Assembly: GCA_963667175.2 (NCBI GenBank)
Contig: CAXXXF010000004.1
Coordinates: forward strand, 64,001-128,000
Direction of reading: 5' to 3'
DNA from: Candidatus Latescibacterota bacterium
Lineage (GTDB): Bacteria; Latescibacterota; UBA2968; GCA-2709665
DNA: 64,000 bases
Made by a program: the position numbers and the translations under genes. The notes beneath the pieces were generated by a model that worked only from the letters and a program-made list of their open reading frames with translations, did no database searches and was not told the DNA's origin. Positions 50,962 to 60,365 of the stretch are shown here, in pieces (the first letter of the stretch is position 1; the number at the start of each line of letters is the position of its first letter).

Positions 50962-53900
50962 TCAGCTCGCCTCTCCAGAGAGAATCTCCCAGACCCGCTT
51001 ATATCCGGTGCCGGACAGCGGCACGCCCTCCGGTCTCACCCCGTCCCATTCATCGGCGCCCAGTCCCCGTAGGAAACGCCGCGCTGCTCCCACCGAATAC
51101 CGCCCCATATCCTCACCGGTGACATCCCGGTAGAGGCTCCCTAACCCCTCGGCGGCGCTGCGCGGGGCGGCATTCATCCGCATGAGTACCGCATCTTCGC
51201 TGCTTACACCATGATAGATCATGGCGGGCAGGGCGTTGATCCGTCGCTTGTCGACTTCGGAAAGCGCGTCGAAATCTATCCCCGACACCCGACTCAGCGC
51301 CGAAACACCCCATGTTCCGCTGTTGACGATGGTGCGGTAGATCGCCCTGCACGCATCCGTCAGGGCGGCTGTGCCCACTTCGTCGTCGTTCTCGCGGCTG
51401 AAATACTCCCTCGCGATCGCTTCCAGACCCCTTCCGTTCACCCAGTCGTTGGTGATCTCGGAGATCCGGCTCCGGTCGAACCCTTGCCCCCCCAGCTCGA
51501 TTAGGTCCTGCTTGAGCTGCGGGACCCTCAACATGACGCCGACCAGGTCCGCCATTCTGCCGCCGCTGCCGAACAGGCTCTCCGGCGCCCAGTCCGACAC
51601 GGTGAGCCTGCTCTCCAGATTGCCGATGCCGCCCATTGCCGCCTGGACACCTTCCGGCGAGAACCCGGTGGAATCTGCAAGCTCCGCGATGCCCTGCGGC
51701 ATTTCGGCAAGCTCGCGCGCGTAGCTATGCGTCGCATCAAGAAGGGCATCCGCCTTCTGCCTCTGCTGCGGATCGTTCCGCATCGAGGTATATCCGTAGG
51801 TCTGCCTCAGAAGCTGCTCGGAATCCGCAAGGACCGCATCCAGGTTCTTCTTCTCCGCCCACAGATGTGCGATGTAGCAGCGAAAATCCTCCCACTGATC
51901 CTTCCAGAGTACATCGGACAGCTTCGCCAACGACCCCTGCGCGGCCAGCTCGTCCAGAAGCACAACGAGACGAGAAACGAGCGCACCCGTGTTACGACTC
52001 ACGAACTCGATCAAGGCATCGCGATCGCTCCCCTCGGACAGTCCGACTACACCGACGCTGTCGTGACCAATCCGTCCTGCGCGCCCCACGAGGTTCCAGA
52101 ACTCCCGCGGCGCGATTTCCACCGATCTCGTTCCCTGCGGCACATAGCGCGAGGACAGAAAGACCGACGACACCGGAAAGTTGATGCCCTGGGCGATCGT
52201 CGAAGTCGCGCACAGCATACGCAGGCTGCCCGTTTCCGCAAGCCACTCCATCAGCGCCCGGACATCGTCGGACAACCCCGCATGGTGCACGCCCACGCCC
52301 TTCTCAAGCATGCCGACCAGCCTGAAGTCGGCGCTGATCTCGGTGCGCACGAAGTCCTGAACCAGTCTTATGTCCGACGGTACTTCCTCCATCTCGGGGA
52401 GGCTCCGCGCCGCTTCCCCCGCCATCTTCCAGACCGTGCGAATGTTGTTGGCCACCGCAACACTCGTGCCTCGCGCCGACATCACCGCTCCCATCGCCGC
52501 CGTCTGAAGCCCGAGCCCCTTCTGTGCGCCCTTAGTAAGCACGTGGCTCTTTGGCAAGTCGATCGGCTTCACACCTCCCACGCGGTGCGTTCCGTGAAGC
52601 GGCATGGCCTTCTCGCTGGCGGTCAGCGTCTCGAAATCGAGGTGCCAACCCCCCCGGGCGCTGTCATCGGCCACGGCCCGGTAGAGGCCGATGATTCGCT
52701 CGTTCGGCTTCCACGGAACCGTACCGAGGCTGATTGCGTTCCCCGCGTCGATGTCCTGGGCAAGCCAGCGCGCTACGGACTCAGCTCCCTCCACGTACGG
52801 CATCAGCAGGAGGAAGTTTGCTCGCGGGCAATCCCGCTTTACGGTCGCCAGCAACAGCTCGATCCGCAGGCCCCTGCCTTCCGCCTCCAGATTGTGGGCT
52901 TCGTCCATCACCACCAGCGCGAGAGGACGATCCACCTTTCTGTTCCGGATCACCAGCGACAGCTTCTCGGGCGTCGCGACAAGGATGTCGAACGGCTCGC
53001 TCCTGTCGGCCAGCAACTCTTCCTCGAAGGCGTCCACCTCGACCGCCCCTGTCAACTGCTCGACGCGCAGCCCGATCGGCTCGAAGTCCGTGCGCAGGCG
53101 CCGCGTGATCTGCGCCGACAGCGCACGGGTTGGTGCCACATAGACGACCCATCCCCCGTCGACCTGAAACTGATTCAGCGCCTGGAGTATGCGGAACTGC
53201 GCGAGCAGCGTCTTCCCGCCAGAGGTGGGTAGATCGACCACGATCGCGGTCTTCGCCTGGTCCAGCAGCCCCTGTTCGAGCAGCGCGGCACGCTGAGGCG
53301 GCAAGAGCTCGAACATCGCCTGATGCTCGCGTTTCGTCAGCGAGCGCACGAAGTCCGAGGTCTTCGAATTGACCGTCCGAGTCGCCCACCAAAGAGAATT
53401 AGTCACCATGATACGCGATGTCGCGTGCAGCCAACGCAGAACCACTTCGTGCTGCGCATCCCCCGAAGCGGCCGCCGACTTTATCCCTGCCTCGAAGTGC
53501 TTGTCCAGCGTACCGAACGGATCGCCTGGCTGGCCTTGCAGTATGTAGCTCGCGAGCGTTTCCGTCGCCTTCGCCCAGTTGTAAAGAGCCGCCAACCGCA
53601 GGGCGATTGTCCGGTCCACCGCCTTCGAACCGTTTTGCAGACGACGTTCTTCATGGATTCTCTGGTCATCACGAAGGCCGGAGATTATTTCTCGGATGCG
53701 ATCCAGATCGTCCCAGCCCTCCTTGCGAAAAAGCCGGACCCAGCAATCGAACAGCCTGTAAAGAAGCCTGCGGTCCCATTCCGCATCCGCCACACTCGGC
53801 GCCTTCAGGGCCTCTCCCTGTTCCCGATACCAGCGTCGCAAGTCAGACCAGCGATCGCCGCAATAGGCGATCGCGGAGAGCTGAAGCACGAAGAACAGGC

Positions 53901-54240
53901 GATCCAGCGTCTCCTCCGGTACGGGAAGCAGGCGGCGGATGTCAAAGGCACGGAACGAAGCCGCCACTGCTTGGTCTCTGAGATTCTGGTTCTCTCCCGC
54001 CGGGCGACTCAACTCATCGAGCCCCTCGATGGCGGCGAGCTCGAAGGCGAGCGCCACGCGCACCAGGAACGGTTCCTCGTCAGAGCTTTTCACGAAGGAA
54101 AAGCTGATCTGCCTGCCGACTGCTCGCTGTACTAGCCGCTGGCCCACAAGTTCCCCCGCACGCTCCAACTCATCCGACCCGATGGCAGCGACCGCCCAAT
54201 GTTTGTTCAGCGCCTCCAATGCTCCAGTAGACAGGCTCAT
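50962..54240 (-). CDS. Ski2-like SF2 helicase (Hachiman HamB-like)
   Basis: PTSGGKT, APTRAL, TPEK, DEAH, HHAGL, STIAQGINFP and GRAGR motifs; helical N-terminal domain; coupled to the upstream nuclease gene. Confidence 0.85.
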   Translation of the reverse strand: MSLSTGALEALNKHWAVAAIGSDELERAGELVGQRLVQRAVGRQISFSFVKSSDEEPFLVRVALAFELAAIEGLDELSRPAGENQNLRDQAVAASFRAFDIRRLLPVPEETLDRLFFVLQLSAIAYCGDRWSDLRRWYREQGEALKAPSVADAEWDRRLLYRLFDCWVRLFRKEGWDDLDRIREIISGLRDDQRIHEERRLQNGSKAVDRTIALRLAALYNWAKATETLASYILQGQPGDPFGTLDKHFEAGIKSAAASGDAQHEVVLRWLHATSRIMVTNSLWWATRTVNSKTSDFVRSLTKREHQAMFELLPPQRAALLEQGLLDQAKTAIVVDLPTSGGKTLLAQFRILQALNQFQVDGGWVVYVAPTRALSAQITRRLRTDFEPIGLRVEQLTGAVEVDAFEEELLADRSEPFDILVATPEKLSLVIRNRKVDRPLALVVMDEAHNLEAEGRGLRIELLLATVKRDCPRANFLLLMPYVEGAESVARWLAQDIDAGNAISLGTVPWKPNERIIGLYRAVADDSARGGWHLDFETLTASEKAMPLHGTHRVGGVKPIDLPKSHVLTKGAQKGLGLQTAAMGAVMSARGTSVAVANNIRTVWKMAGEAARSLPEMEEVPSDIRLVQDFVRTEISADFRLVGMLEKGVGVHHAGLSDDVRALMEWLAETGSLRMLCATSTIAQGINFPVSSVFLSSRYVPQGTRSVEIAPREFWNLVGRAGRIGHDSVGVVGLSEGSDRDALIEFVSRNTGALVSRLVVLLDELAAQGSLAKLSDVLWKDQWEDFRCYIAHLWAEKKNLDAVLADSEQLLRQTYGYTSMRNDPQQRQKADALLDATHSYARELAEMPQGIAELADSTGFSPEGVQAAMGGIGNLESRLTVSDWAPESLFGSGGRMADLVGVMLRVPQLKQDLIELGGQGFDRSRISEITNDWVNGRGLEAIAREYFSRENDDEVGTAALTDACRAIYRTIVNSGTWGVSALSRVSGIDFDALSEVDKRRINALPAMIYHGVSSEDAVLMRMNAAPRSAAEGLGSLYRDVTGEDMGRYSVGAARRFLRGLGADEWDGVRPEGVPLSGTGYKRVWEILSGEAS

Positions 54241-55023
54241 CGTTCCACTCCTGACCGCCTCAGAACCATCGCATCCCCGATGCCATCCAGGCTCTCATGT
54301 GGCAGGTAGAGCGCCAGCAGTTCGATACGCGTTCCCTTCCCAGAACCCAACGCAAGACCACTGACCCGCGCCCTCAGGTCATCCCGATGGGGTTCCACGT
54401 CGCGAACAAGGAATCCGAAAAGTTGAACGTCGGACGTATTTTGCAGATACCTGCCTGCCGCACGCTCGAACCGAGCGCGCCATGGAGCCAACCCGGCCCG
54501 ATGACCGAGATACTTCAGGAGATCGTCACGGACTGCCTGGCTGTCGCGCAGATCTTCCAATTGCCGCTTCCCCGTACATCGCGCCTGGAGGGTAGCTGGG
54601 ATCGCTCGAAGTCTTCACCTCACCGAAAGCGAGACAGTCGCCGCTGTCGTCACTCCCGAATCCTACCAGATCGGCGCCCGGCAGGCTGGACCTGCTCTTT
54701 CTCTCGTCCCGTCCATCCGGCCAAGGAAAGCTGCATGATCGATGGTCTGTCAGATAGACCTCGGCAATCGCTTCGCCCACCCGCCAGTCCTCGACCGCAT
54801 CCGGATCCTCCAGCACGCGTCGGAGCCCGTCTTGGGCAAAGCTTGTCTCGGCCACTTCCGCAAGAATTCCCTCGATGTTCGCCTTGCCCTCATCATCGAA
54901 GAGAACAGCGGACAACCGACCGTCCATCGCGGTATTCAATTCTACATCCGACCATCGCAGGCCAACCCCTGAACAGGGGGCCTCACCGATATCGTAGACG
55001 GCTTCTCCTGCACCGATGGTCAT
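54237..55023 (-). pseudogene. HamA-like PD-(D/E)xK nuclease, frameshifted near 54570
   Basis: VGEAIAEVYL, PGADLVGF and FGEVKTS lie in ORF 54526..55023; the sequence continues as KRQLEDLR in the frame of ORF 54237..54560. Confidence 0.7.
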
Positions 55024-55391
55024 TGGCGCCCACCCCCCACCCAGGCGAGCTCGATGTTCCGCTCCGGAAACCGCACCCTTTCGGTGTGCCCGTCCACCAC
55101 CGTACCCGACGCCAATCGCGCTCGGTGTTCAACACCGTACCTTTCCATGCAACAGAATCCCGTCAAGAGTGCCCCTGATTCCTCCCCGTGTCTGCGCCGA
55201 CCACCGCCAGCGCATCGCACATCTGCCGAACAAGAAGGACTGACTCCAGTGTTCGTCGATGTCATATGTCTCCCCTGATGGGTGAGAGGCAATTCGGATC
55301 GGCAATATAGGTGCTCGAATGTTCACATGCAACCTCAGTTGCCGGCGGGTAAGGAGGATCCTTGATCTCGGCCGTATCGGGCCCGACTTAG

Positions 55392-57092
55392 CTAGGATTT
55401 TTCCCAAGTGAGAAGTCGCTCAACCGCATCTGCGGAGACCGCTGCACCGCCATCCAAGAAGACATCCGGGACCCCGGAACCGTAGAATCTGACGTTTTCG
55501 GCCTTGAAGACGTTTCGGGCGTGTGTTACGGCATCAGGGAGTTTCCCCAGGGTATCGAGCTCGTCACGATAGAGCCATCGGCTTTCGTAACCGTTTTCCT
55601 TGCCGATCACGCTGCACCGCACTTGATCGTCCGCGTCCTCTCCGTGTCCCGAACTCTTGCGGATTCGCGCTGCGAGGAATGCGCGGTACGTGACGTCGTC
55701 GGGGGGCAGGGCGTAGCCCATGAGAACGACGTGATTGGCCTCCTGTACTACCACACGCATTTCGCGTTGTATCTCTTCGAGAAATGGAGGCGGCGCGGTC
55801 TTGAAGCTCGTCTGCATCACCAAGGGTGTGTGGTGCGCATAGGTCAGAGTCCTGCAGTGGACGCATGCGCGGGCGTCGACTTCTCCCAGGCGCCATTTGC
55901 TGCACTCCTTTTCACGCCAGCTCTTGAATTGGAGGTCGTGCACGAAGGCCCTGAGTGGGGGCGGGGGAAGCAGCGATGCGGAGTCCATCTCCCACTCGTC
56001 GCCGATATAGGACGAAAGCTTTCCGCAGTTCGGGCACTCGCGCCACCACAGGCACCCGTGCGGAAACAGATACTTGCTCACGCGGATCCTCAGGTTCGCT
56101 CCGTGTGTGCGGTCGTTGAGTTGCCTGGCGGACGAGATGTTCATGGGCTGCCAGACCTTGTTCCCCACATGCTCTTTATCGACCCTGGGGCCGGCCACGA
56201 AGTAGCCGAGCTCGTGGTAGAGCTGCATCTTGCGAGCCGGGCTTCCTACGTGCGGTACGTTGAAAGCCCGGTTGAGGCAGCGGTTCGCCACAAACTGCAC
56301 CCATAGCCCTACCGGGTCCCAGTTCATGCTCACGACGCTCACGTCCCCCTCGATGAATTTGTCCCGCTCGAAGTCGTCGGGTCCGGCCTCCGCGTCGAAT
56401 CTCAGACCCTCACGCTGCATCCTCCGGCCCAGCTCGTCGGCGAAGTCCAGGTGGTACCGCAGGTGCGGACACTTCCGGGCGCGCGAATGCCAGTCAACGT
56501 AGGTCAGGGCTTGGATAAGCAGAACCAGTGCCCCGCGGGCGCCGATGACACGTTGCGGCGTGAGAAACTCGCCCTTCCGGGCCGGGAACCCGTGGCCGCT
56601 CTGCTCGTGCATGTCCAGAAGGTTGAAGAGGTCGATGAGCTTGAATTCGGTCTGGGCCTCACTCGCTTCGACTCCGGCGTCGCGATTCGACACGCGGACT
56701 GGGCAAACGTTGATGGCGGCAACGAGCGCCGGCCAGTCATAGAGACCGCGTAGCTCGACAATGCGATTGCGGAGCTTCTCTTCGTCTTCGTCCTCCCAGT
56801 TTTTTTTCATCGCCTCCAGCTGCTCAGCGCGGATGTCACCGACGGAGAGCGGATCCTTGGTGGCCTCGTCGCTGTCTCCGAGAATCTTGAGGAGGTCGCA
56901 AAACGCCGTCACCCATCGTTCCGAAATGCCTTCTCCGAGGGCGTTGCGAACCCGGTCCTCAAGTATCTCCGGCCGTTCAGGAAGGGGTGCGAGTGCGCGG
57001 AGGAACTTCCCTTGGCGCTCCGTCGTGTGAATCCCGAGGGATGCCGTCGCGCCAGCGCCCCAGAACAGGACTGTGCGGGATCCGGATCTCAT
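55392..57092 (-). CDS. SIR2-like protein with Zn ribbon (putative NADase effector)
   Basis: VLFWGAGAT, SMNWD, PHGCLWW, CPNC...CVHC and VLMGYALP motifs. The start overlaps the stop of the upstream gene (ATGA). Confidence 0.75.
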   Translation of the reverse strand: MRSGSRTVLFWGAGATASLGIHTTERQGKFLRALAPLPERPEILEDRVRNALGEGISERWVTAFCDLLKILGDSDEATKDPLSVGDIRAEQLEAMKKNWEDEDEEKLRNRIVELRGLYDWPALVAAINVCPVRVSNRDAGVEASEAQTEFKLIDLFNLLDMHEQSGHGFPARKGEFLTPQRVIGARGALVLLIQALTYVDWHSRARKCPHLRYHLDFADELGRRMQREGLRFDAEAGPDDFERDKFIEGDVSVVSMNWDPVGLWVQFVANRCLNRAFNVPHVGSPARKMQLYHELGYFVAGPRVDKEHVGNKVWQPMNISSARQLNDRTHGANLRIRVSKYLFPHGCLWWRECPNCGKLSSYIGDEWEMDSASLLPPPPLRAFVHDLQFKSWREKECSKWRLGEVDARACVHCRTLTYAHHTPLVMQTSFKTAPPPFLEEIQREMRVVVQEANHVVLMGYALPPDDVTYRAFLAARIRKSSGHGEDADDQVRCSVIGKENGYESRWLYRDELDTLGKLPDAVTHARNVFKAENVRFYGSGVPDVFLDGGAAVSADAVERLLTWEKS

Positions 57093-57499
57093 TTCTTCCT
57101 GCAAGGGGCGGGAATGGTGATGCTCTTCGGGGCGGGAATGGTGATGCTCTTCAAAGTCCAGACCGGTTTCCCTTCCTTCTCTGGGACTTTTTCGACTTCG
57201 ACTTCGACCGCCGTCTGTTGGGTCGCCGCGGCCACAAGATCGGGCAGCTTGGCGCAGTCGCATACCGTAATCGGAACGCTTTTTAACGATCCGCAGCTGG
57301 GAGTCGCGACGCCTTCCGTGCATTCGCATTTACAGGTCGGCAAGAACACTGCGTATATCTTGGTGCCGTCCGAAACGGAATGTTCGGAGTTCGGTGTGAA
57401 GAGGAGTTTCGTCTGACACCCCGGTTTCCACTTCACGCTGATGATTCCCACAGACTTGAAGGTTTTTTTGTTCTCGTTGCAGGTCTTGTTGCAGGTCAT
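57089..57499 (-). CDS. Small Cys-rich beta-rich hypothetical protein
   Basis: AGGAG RBS before ATG 57499; coupled to the SIR2-like gene. Confidence 0.65.
   Translation of the reverse strand: MTCNKTCNENKKTFKSVGIISVKWKPGCQTKLLFTPNSEHSVSDGTKIYAVFLPTCKCECTEGVATPSCGSLKSVPITVCDCAKLPDLVAAATQQTAVEVEVEKVPEKEGKPVWTLKSITIPAPKSITIPAPCRKK
57105..57152. repeat. Exact 24-bp tandem duplication (KSITIPAP x2)
   Basis: GGGGCGGGAATGGTGATGCTCTTC occurs twice in tandem. Confidence 0.92.
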
Positions 57500-57754
57500 G
57501 CGCCCATATCTCCTGACAAAAAGGTGTGCAAATCTCGCGAGTCTACGGAACGAAGCTTGGTTCCTCCAATAGGGTTTTCCTAAAGCGGGTGTGACGCCAC
57601 AACCCACCATGGCGAAGCGCTCGTTCGGCCCGGTTTGTTGGTCGGTTCTACGCCTTCTCTGGGTAGAAAAGTCCACAGGGCCCGCCCGAAGTCGGTTACC
57701 TCATCTTCGCGCAATCACAGAGGGTCCTCACAGTTACCTGTCCTGGGCGTCGTG

Positions 57755-58558
57755 TCATAGAGGGGATAGGAGCCCGCGCAATTCCGGCGACACGGCGACG
57801 TAGTGTTTCGTATTGACGGGGCTGCCGAGTGTGGAAACGGCGAATCGGTATTCGTTTTGTGGCTCGAACGATCTGCGCTTGGTGAACCAAGCCCTCGGTC
57901 CGGCACCCGGATCGAACCAATGCTCTTGGGTGTCAACGCGCCCCGATCGATCCGCATAGTGGACGGGACCGTGATAGACGTGAACGACGGTTTCAATGGT
58001 AGTCGAACCCTCCTCAACACTCGTGGAGTAGTGTGTGGCGGCGTAGAGTATTTCATCGAGCCCACTGAATTGTACATCCGCTGTTTTGTCAAGGCCGAGG
58101 GCAAACTCGATGCCCAGCCAGGTGGCGAATGCGTCAGCATCAGCGATTCCAGTCGCGGCAGTGTAACCGTATTCGGAGGCGAAGTGGTCACTCAATCGTC
58201 CAAACTCGCGATCGTTACGGTAGTGAGCGGCGCAGAAAATCCATGGTTCATCTGATGAGACAAACGTCAGCTCTGCTTGCGTGACGGAACCACCCGGGAT
58301 GACTCTGTCGGCCCAACTGGTGGCGACCTTGGTGAGGGCGCCATCTTTTCGGTCGCCGATTCCATGTTTGAGGTCTTCCTGATCGCGGTAGAATGCGGGC
58401 GTGGCGAGTTGGAGCATTTCTGTGCAGAAAGCGGCATAAGCCCGCTCTGAGAACTTTACAACGTTGCCAACGGCCGGCGCCCGCGGGGATCGATGGTCGT
58501 GGTTATGCATAAGGATCAGGTGCAGGGATCGAGTTTCCTTGTCCTGGACGGTGACCAT
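57755..58558 (-). CDS. Hypothetical protein, DUF2971-like motifs
   Basis: WIFCAA, GPVHY and FTKRRSFEPQNEYRF motifs. Confidence 0.55.
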   Translation of the reverse strand: MVTVQDKETRSLHLILMHNHDHRSPRAPAVGNVVKFSERAYAAFCTEMLQLATPAFYRDQEDLKHGIGDRKDGALTKVATSWADRVIPGGSVTQAELTFVSSDEPWIFCAAHYRNDREFGRLSDHFASEYGYTAATGIADADAFATWLGIEFALGLDKTADVQFSGLDEILYAATHYSTSVEEGSTTIETVVHVYHGPVHYADRSGRVDTQEHWFDPGAGPRAWFTKRRSFEPQNEYRFAVSTLGSPVNTKHYVAVSPELRGLLSPL

Positions 58559-59325
58559 GCTGGATACCGGGGAAAACGCTGCGGCCGAGGGGTTTCTGTC
58601 CTTCGCAAGGCGGGAGGATTCGTCGATGGCTCGGTTCGTGGTCCGGATCGCATCCTGACCCAGATGTCACACAAGCAAGCGACCGTCGAGGTACCATGAA
58701 GCGGTTGAGCTATGGCAGTCCATCAATTCTCCAACTAACAATAGAGAATCCGCGTGCGTGACAACATCGCGCACACCAATCCGAAACATGACGCTTGCAA
58801 GTCTTGCGTTGATCTCTGATTGATGACGGCTTAACCATTGTTTGGCGCGCTCCAGGGCGGGACATATGCTCTGCAAGGTCAACCAAGACTTCGCCGAACA
58901 GTCCGGGAGGCCGATTGACAAGACGGCGACTGTCGCAGTGAATCATCTCATTGTCGTGAATTTGACTGGAAGCCTGACTCTTGTTTGTGTGCGTATTCTA
59001 AACATAACGGATTGACCTATGTATACGAAGAATAAAGCACTGGTCAAGTCCCAAATCTTCTGTGAGATCGTCTATCCGGGTAAATGCCGCTTGGTAATCG
59101 GCGGCTGAATCCGCCGGCAACTGCTGTTGTATCACCCTTGACAGAAACCTCCCATCGTACAACAAAGGCCCTTGCGATTCCCCGACGTTGCCGTTACCTT
59201 TGGCACCGGTCGTCGTTACCTTCGCGCACGCGATGAACAACATTTGGGACGCGGTTGGGAACGTGCAGGCGAATCCGTCGACCATCCCGGGTGTCGACGA
59301 AATCCAAAGTAAATTGGTCGAGCCG

Positions 59326-60165
59326 ATGTCAAGCGTTTGGAGCCGCCAGGAGGTCGAAGCCACTGTTCGAGACTATTTCGATATGCTGGCTTCGGAACTT
59401 CAGGGTGAGGGGTTCAACAAAGCCGCCCACAACCGAACGCTCCGTGATCTGTTGGATGGCCGCACGCAGAGCGCGGTAGAGCGCAAACACCAGAACATCA
59501 GCGCGGTCCTGATTGAGTTGGGTTTCCCTTACATCAGCGGATACAAGCCGCTCTCCAACGTCCAACATTTGTTGCGGGATGTGGTGAGCAAGCACCTTTC
59601 GTTGCTCGAGCACCTGGTCAAAGCGGATGTCGAGACAACCCAGACCCCGGTCTCAGTCGATGATATCCTCGACATTGGTGTCGATCCGCCTGTGCCAGCT
59701 TCCGGTTCGGTACGTGAGGGACCGATTGATTACGTCGTCTCCCGCCAAACTGGCCCACCGATCAACTATCTCCAGATGGAAGCGCGTAATCGATCGCTCG
59801 GGTGCGCCGGCGAAGCACTGGTCATGGAGTTCGAACGCACCCGCCTGCGGCGTGAAGGCAAGGATCAGCTTGCCAGAAACGTCGAGCAGGTCTCCAAGAC
59901 CGTGGGCGACCACGCCGGATTCGATATTCGTTCGTACGAAGTCAGCGGGCAGGATCGATTCATCGAGGTCAAAACGACGCGTTACGGCAAGCTCACGCCA
60001 TTCTACGTCAGTACTGGCGAAGTCCGTTTTTCCAAGACGAACGCAAACGCGTACCATCTCTACCGGCTGTTCGAATTTCGCCAGACACCCAGGCTTTTCC
60101 AGTTACCAGGGGACGTCGGTCGTCACGTACATTTACAGGCAGTAAACTACCGCGCACATTTCTGA
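59326..60165 (+). CDS. DUF3883 (PD-(D/E)xK) nuclease with N-terminal helical/wHTH domain
   Basis: WSRQEV, ERKHQNISAVL, GFDIRSY and FIEVKTT motifs. Confidence 0.85.
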   Translation: MSSVWSRQEVEATVRDYFDMLASELQGEGFNKAAHNRTLRDLLDGRTQSAVERKHQNISAVLIELGFPYISGYKPLSNVQHLLRDVVSKHLSLLEHLVKADVETTQTPVSVDDILDIGVDPPVPASGSVREGPIDYVVSRQTGPPINYLQMEARNRSLGCAGEALVMEFERTRLRREGKDQLARNVEQVSKTVGDHAGFDIRSYEVSGQDRFIEVKTTRYGKLTPFYVSTGEVRFSKTNANAYHLYRLFEFRQTPRLFQLPGDVGRHVHLQAVNYRAHF

Positions 60166-60365
60166 CCTTGATTCGTCATTTTTCGGTGACGTTAGATCGA
60201 TTATGCGCTAGTTAACAAAGGCGATTTAACATCGGATTTCCAGGAACCTTCAGGCCACTGGACGTGAACGGAAAAAATCTCATTCCGGACGACCTTTCGG
60301 CGCTATTCGGAAGGTTTTGTCGCGCCCGTTGCCAATCGCGTCTATCTCGACGAGAAAAAACTGAA

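Noticed and set aside
54555-54585. Programmed frameshift in the HamA-like gene
   Set aside because: No slippery heptamer or long homopolymer is present; a small deletion or sequencing error is more likely.
57093-57329. N-terminal extension of the 645-aa ORF with EEHHHSRP repeats (apparent metal-binding tag)
   Set aside because: This is an out-of-frame reading of the upstream gene's 24-bp duplication. The SIR2 fold begins right after ATG 57092.
58560-59320. Short ORFs or an ncRNA between the DUF2971-like and DUF3883 genes
   Set aside because: No motif, repeat or convincing structure was visible by eye.
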